Assembly: GCA_043228905.1 (NCBI GenBank)
Contig: JBHGNT010000935.1
Coordinates: 1-13,674 of the forward strand
DNA: 13,674 nucleotides
From: Azolla caroliniana
Lineage: Eukaryota > Plantae > Polypodiophyta
Reading direction: 5' to 3'
A program made the translations under genes and the position numbers. The notes under the pieces are model-generated. The model ran no database searches. It was not told the origin of the DNA and saw nothing but the letters and a program-made list of their open reading frames with translations. Of the stretch, positions 9,756-13,674 are shown in pieces (positions within the stretch are counted from its first letter, which is position 1; the number at the start of each line of letters is the position of its first letter).

Positions 9756-10193
9756 TGTTGAGAATCAAGCTCAACATAGCACAACGTGTGAACACACCTT
9801 TTGCGAATCAAAGGTCAAGAGTCACACCACTACTCTCTACACATTAACTATGTGTCATAGAATCATATTCTATGACACATATCTAATGAGTTACATATTC
9901 CCCATGACTATGAGTCTTCACATTCCCCAAGAGAGAGAGTGGTTGTTGTAGTTAGTTAATGAAGAGAGAGGGTGACTTTTTATAAAGCACCCTCCTCACA
10001 CTTCATACTAAGTCGGTTGTGACTCCTTATTATGCTACATTTTGTAATTCTTATTCTACTTGTGCAATATACACCTTCTTGAGTATCCCTTTTTCTATCT
10101 ATCTTCCGTTCTCTCATCTCTCCTCTAATTCCTCTCTCATACACATAACAAACATCTCTTCTGCCACATAAGAATCATACCCGATTCTTTACA
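9756..10193 (+). repeat. 3' LTR of Copia A (438 bp)
   Basis: TGTTGAGAATC...GATTCTTTACA (9/11 terminal inverted repeat). The end matches 1-28. TATAAA at 9981-9986, followed by a CT-rich R/U5. The predicted TSD is CGTAT (10194-10198); its partner lies outside the window. Confidence 0.93.
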
Positions 10194-12258
10194 CGTATGT
10201 GTATTAATTATCGACACTTGAATAAAGTGACGATCAAGAATTCATATCTATTGCCCCGGGTTGACGATCTAATTGACCATCTCCAGGGAGCTCAATATTT
10301 TACGAAACTTTATCTTTGTACAGGCTACAATAAAATTTCATACGCGATATGGCCATTATGAGTTTTTCATCATATCTTTTAGTTTGACCAATGCTCCAAC
10401 CACATTTCAACCAGAAATGAATGACATTTTCTGAGAAAAACATGAAAAAATTGTCATTATTTTCTTGGATGATATTCTACTTTATAGCCGTACATTAGAA
10501 GAACATAGTAAACATGTCTGCTTTGTTTTACAAACATTGTATGAGAAACAGTTTTACACGAAGATCTCGAAATGTGAGTTCTTCAAGAAATCAATTACTT
10601 ATCTTGGACATCTCATAACCGAAAGAGGAGTTAAAATTGATCCTTCGGAATATTCGAGAAGTTCGATCTTTCCTAGGGTTTGTCGGGGATTTGCGAAAAT
10701 CTCTTCGCAATTATTCCCAATTGACGACATCGTTTACTAATCTTCTAAAAGGACAAACGTGTAAGTCTACAAAACCTATTGTATGGAATGTTACACTAGA
10801 CCTCGCCTTTCAGGAACTCAAGGGCCTGGTGTGCAAGGCTCCTTCGCTTCTTTTACCAGATCCCTGAAAAACTTTTCAGGTTGAAACTAACACAAGTGAT
10901 TATGCTATAGGTGTTGTCTTATATCAAGATGGTAAACCAATAACATTTGAGAGTAATAAACTTGATTCTACTCAATGTCGGTGTACCATTCTAGAAAAGG
11001 AATTATTTGTAGTTACTCATGTGTTAAAGTCATGGTGCCATTATCTTTATGGAAATTGTTTTGTGGTAACTACGGCCCACGAGTCCTTGAAATATTTTTG
11101 TGACCAACAAGACCTGAAAGGTCATAAGGCACAATGGGAAGATCTCATCCAAGACTTTGATTTTTCCATGTGATACCGTAAAGGTTCCATGAACAATGCC
11201 GTTGATCCACTGAGTTGCATCCATGAAGTTAACATGCTAAGCTTCACTGAAATAACATCAAATCTTTATGATCACATTCGAGGAAAGTATCCTGATGAAA
11301 GTTATTTTGGAAAATACTGGGCAAGAGTTGAGTCTGGAACAAACATCATCACATCCTCGAAGGAATCCTTCCACAGTATTGATAGTTTGCTCTACCATAA
11401 TGGTAAGGTTTGTGTTCCAGATTTGCCCGAGGTCAAAAAGAGAATTCTTTTGGAATGCCATGATGCACCCTCAACAGGGCACCCTGGAATACATCGCACA
11501 CTCGTTCTCATCTCCACTCAATTCTACTACATAAGATGTGTCCTGACATACATAGTTATGTGACTAAATGTCATCAATGTCAAGTTAACAAAGTCGAGTG
11601 ACTTAAAGCCAGTGAACTTTTACATCCCTTGGACATTCCCAATAAAAAATGGGAAAGTATATCCAAGGATTTTATTGTGAGCCTTCCTCACACCCAAAAA
11701 GTCCATGATGCCATCTGGGTTGTGGTTGATAAACTAACTAAAAATGGCCAAATTTATTGCTACTACGACCATGGTAACAACTCCTGGATTGGCTTATCAA
11801 TTCGTTGATGATTTATTTTGTTTTTACGGGTTACTGATGGATATTATGAATGATCGAGATCCAAATTTTACTAGCGACTTTTGGACACAAGTCTTTAAGA
11901 AGTTAGAAACTACATTCAACATGAGCTCCAAAGATCATCCTCAATCCGATGGACAAAAGAACGAGTAAATCAAATTATTGAGGACATGCTTCAAACATAC
12001 GTTGGTGCAAAACCAACAAAATGGGAACGTTATCTCCCAATTTTGGAGCGTGCTTATAAGAGATCCAAACATACATCGACGGGATATAGTCCTTTTATGT
12101 GGATGTATGGTTTTCAGCCACGAGCCCCGATTGATGTTAATATACATCATGATGAGTTGCGAAGTACGCAAAACTTTCTTTGGGATATGCAAAATATGTT
12201 GCATATTGCACAAGATAATATAAAAACTGCTCAAGATAGAGCGCGTTTTTACCCCAAC
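10194..12258 (+). pseudogene. pol: Ty3/Gypsy pol remnant G1: RT, RNase H and integrase (chromovirus-like; decayed)
   Basis: [39 protein letters not shown]; [11 protein letters not shown]; FLDDILLYS; RH VETNTSDYAIG; integrase HDAPSTGHPG...CHQCQ, VVVDKLTK, DRDPNFTSDFW, HPQSDGQ and TGYSPF. The RT-RH-INT order is diagnostic of Gypsy. Many stops and indels. Confidence 0.92.
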
Positions 12259-12277
12259 AATATGCAAGATGAAGGGG

Positions 12278-12960
12278 TGAAGGCAACACGCATATGCTAG
12301 CATGTTGTAAATAGGACTGAAATGAGAATCATAAAAGGAAAGCTAGATGTAAAGTTAAACATGTGCACATGTGATGTGCACTCAATTGTAAATATAAAAA
12401 TGAGACTAAAGCCTAGTAACATTTGAGTGCATACATAGGGGTGGAAGCGAGGCTTGAACCTTGCACCTCCAAGATAGGAAACAAACAAATTGACTTTCCA
12501 CTAAAGCCACTACAGAATGCTTTAGAATTTGTATATTTTCTTTTCATATTCAGTATTTTGTAGGAAGCAAACATATAGAAACCGTGGGCACAAAACCATG
12601 GTTTTAGCCCATGGGTTTAGCCCATAGGTTTCAGCTCGTGGTTTTAGCCCATGGGTTTAGCCCATAGTTTTTGCATGGAGGGACCTATAAATGCCTATAG
12701 TTGGGCTTGTGTAAGGGAGGCCAAGTAATGTAAGTAAAAAAAAAAACTTTTAATGAAATATTTGAGTTATCCTAATGGTAATGTATCCTATCTCGTAAAA
12801 CTAAAGTTAAGGGTTCAAACTCTATGTCAATCTCTCTCTTTCTCTTCATCCATCTATCTATCTTCAATACTTTCTCCCTTACACTGCTAAAAACATCGAA
12901 TCCTTCCAGTCCAGGATCCTGGTGGTTCCGCTTCATTTCTCGAAAAGGATTTCCTCGACA
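12278..12960 (+). mobile_element. LTR-like block 'D' (probable 3' LTR; left boundary uncertain)
   Basis: Non-coding. Preceded by purine tract AAGATGAAGGGG (12266-12277) and then TG. Contains tandem repeats, TATAAAT (12686-12692) and a CT-rich tract, and ends TCGACA exactly where Gypsy pol homology resumes. No PBS follows it and no partner LTR is in the window. Confidence 0.6.
12596..12672. repeat. Six 13-14-bp units (consensus CCATGGGTTTAGC) arranged as a 2 x 40-bp higher-order repeat
   Basis: Units start at 12596, 12609, 12622, 12636, 12649 and 12662. Confidence 0.9.
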
Positions 12961-13674
12961 ACGCGTAAGTCTACAAAACCTATTGTGTGGAATGCTACAC
13001 TAGACCTCGCCTTTAAGGAACTCAAGGACCTGGTGTGCAAGGCTCCTTCGATTCTTTTACTTGATTCTTCAAAACCTTTTAAGGTTAAAACCGATGCAAG
13101 TGATTATGCTATAGGTACCGTCCTATATCAAGATGGTAAACCAATACCATTTGAGAGTAAGAAACTTGATTCTTCTCAGTGTCGGTATACCGTGCAAGAA
13201 AAGAAATTATTTGCAGTTATTCATACGCTCAAGACATGGCGTCATTATCTTTATGGAAATCGTTCTGTGGTAACTACGGACCACAAGTCCTTGAAATATT
13301 TTTGTGACCAACAAGACCTGAAAGGTCATCAGGCACGATGGGCAGATCTCATCCAGGACTTTGATTTTTCCATACGATGTCGTAAAGGTTCCATGAACTA
13401 CAGTTGTTGCACTAAGTCGCATCCGTGCAGTTAACATGCTTAGCTTCACTGAAATAACATCAGATCTTTATGATCACCTACAAGGAAAGTATCTTGATGA
13501 CAGTTATTTTGCAAAATATTGGGCAAGAGTTGAATTTGGAACAGACACCAGCACCTCCTCGAGGGAATACTTCCACATTGCTAACGGTCTACTCTACCGT
13601 AATGGGAAGGTTTGTGTTCCAGATTTGCCTGAGGTCAAAAAGAGAATTCTTTTTTGATGCCATGATGCACCCTC
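12961..13674 (+). pseudogene. pol: Ty3/Gypsy pol remnant G2 (RT-RH linker, RNase H, start of integrase); same family as G1; runs off the window
   Basis: KPIVWNATLDLAFKELK...VKTDASDYAIG...FESKKLD...WRHYLYG...TDHKSLKY. Colinear with 10757-11472, with about 40 differences in the first ~300 nt by hand count. Confidence 0.92.

Larger units (their letters stand above)
1..10193 (+). mobile_element. Ty1/Copia LTR retrotransposon 'A' (5' LTR truncated by window edge; decayed; carries two nested insertions; tentatively Ale/Ivana-like)
   Basis: LTR tail 1-28 matches 10166-10193 at 26/28. PBS at 29-40, PPT at 9747-9755. Domain order gag-PR-INT-RT-RH is diagnostic of Copia. The lineage guess rests only on motifs (GYAQ..GIDYE.TFAPVAKM, HQMDVKNAFLQGDLEEEVYM, VFHARTKHIEVHYHFIRE). 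Confidence 0.95.

Noticed and set aside
12252-12300. CCCCAACA (reverse complement of the LTR B terminus) and a PPR-like peptide MQDEGVKA
   Set aside because: The 8-nt match has no further homology to LTR B and lies in the integrase frame. The peptide is too short and no other PPR repeats are present.
12288-12965. ACGCA/ACGCG as the TSD of a solo LTR at 12293-12960
   Set aside because: The element would start with TA rather than TG, and the flanks (integrase end vs RT-RH linker) are not contiguous in Gypsy pol.
1-13674. A novel protein-coding or prokaryotic-type system (retron, DGR, defence island) built around the RTs
   Set aside because: All three RT remnants are standard Copia or Gypsy pol domains in canonical order, with LTR/PBS/PPT signals for both Copia elements, and all are pseudogenised. 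No captured host gene or accessory ORF is supported.

Overview
Eukaryotic (plant-type) DNA made entirely of nested, decayed LTR retrotransposons. I see no intact host gene, RNA gene or CRISPR array. A Ty1/Copia element A (+ strand; 5' LTR tail 1-28, PBS 29-40, 3' LTR 9756-10193) abuts, and most likely inserted into, the RT of a Ty3/Gypsy pol remnant G1 (10194-~12258). A is interrupted twice: in gag by a reverse-strand, internally deleted Copia B (664-5129; two LTRs, degenerate TSD CGCCG/CGTCA), and just after the protease motif by a 694-bp solo LTR C (5827-6520; perfect TSD AAAAT). G1 is followed by an LTR-like block D (~12278-12960) and a second copy of the same Gypsy family, G2 (12961-end, about 87% identical to G1 by hand count). 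All polyprotein frames carry stops, frameshifts or deletions. I cannot support a new protein-coding system. The most unusual signals are structural: TATA boxes inside inverted repeats in three unrelated LTRs, a chain of back-to-back hairpins in LTR B, and an inverted repeat that loops out the PPT/LTR junction in both Copia elements.
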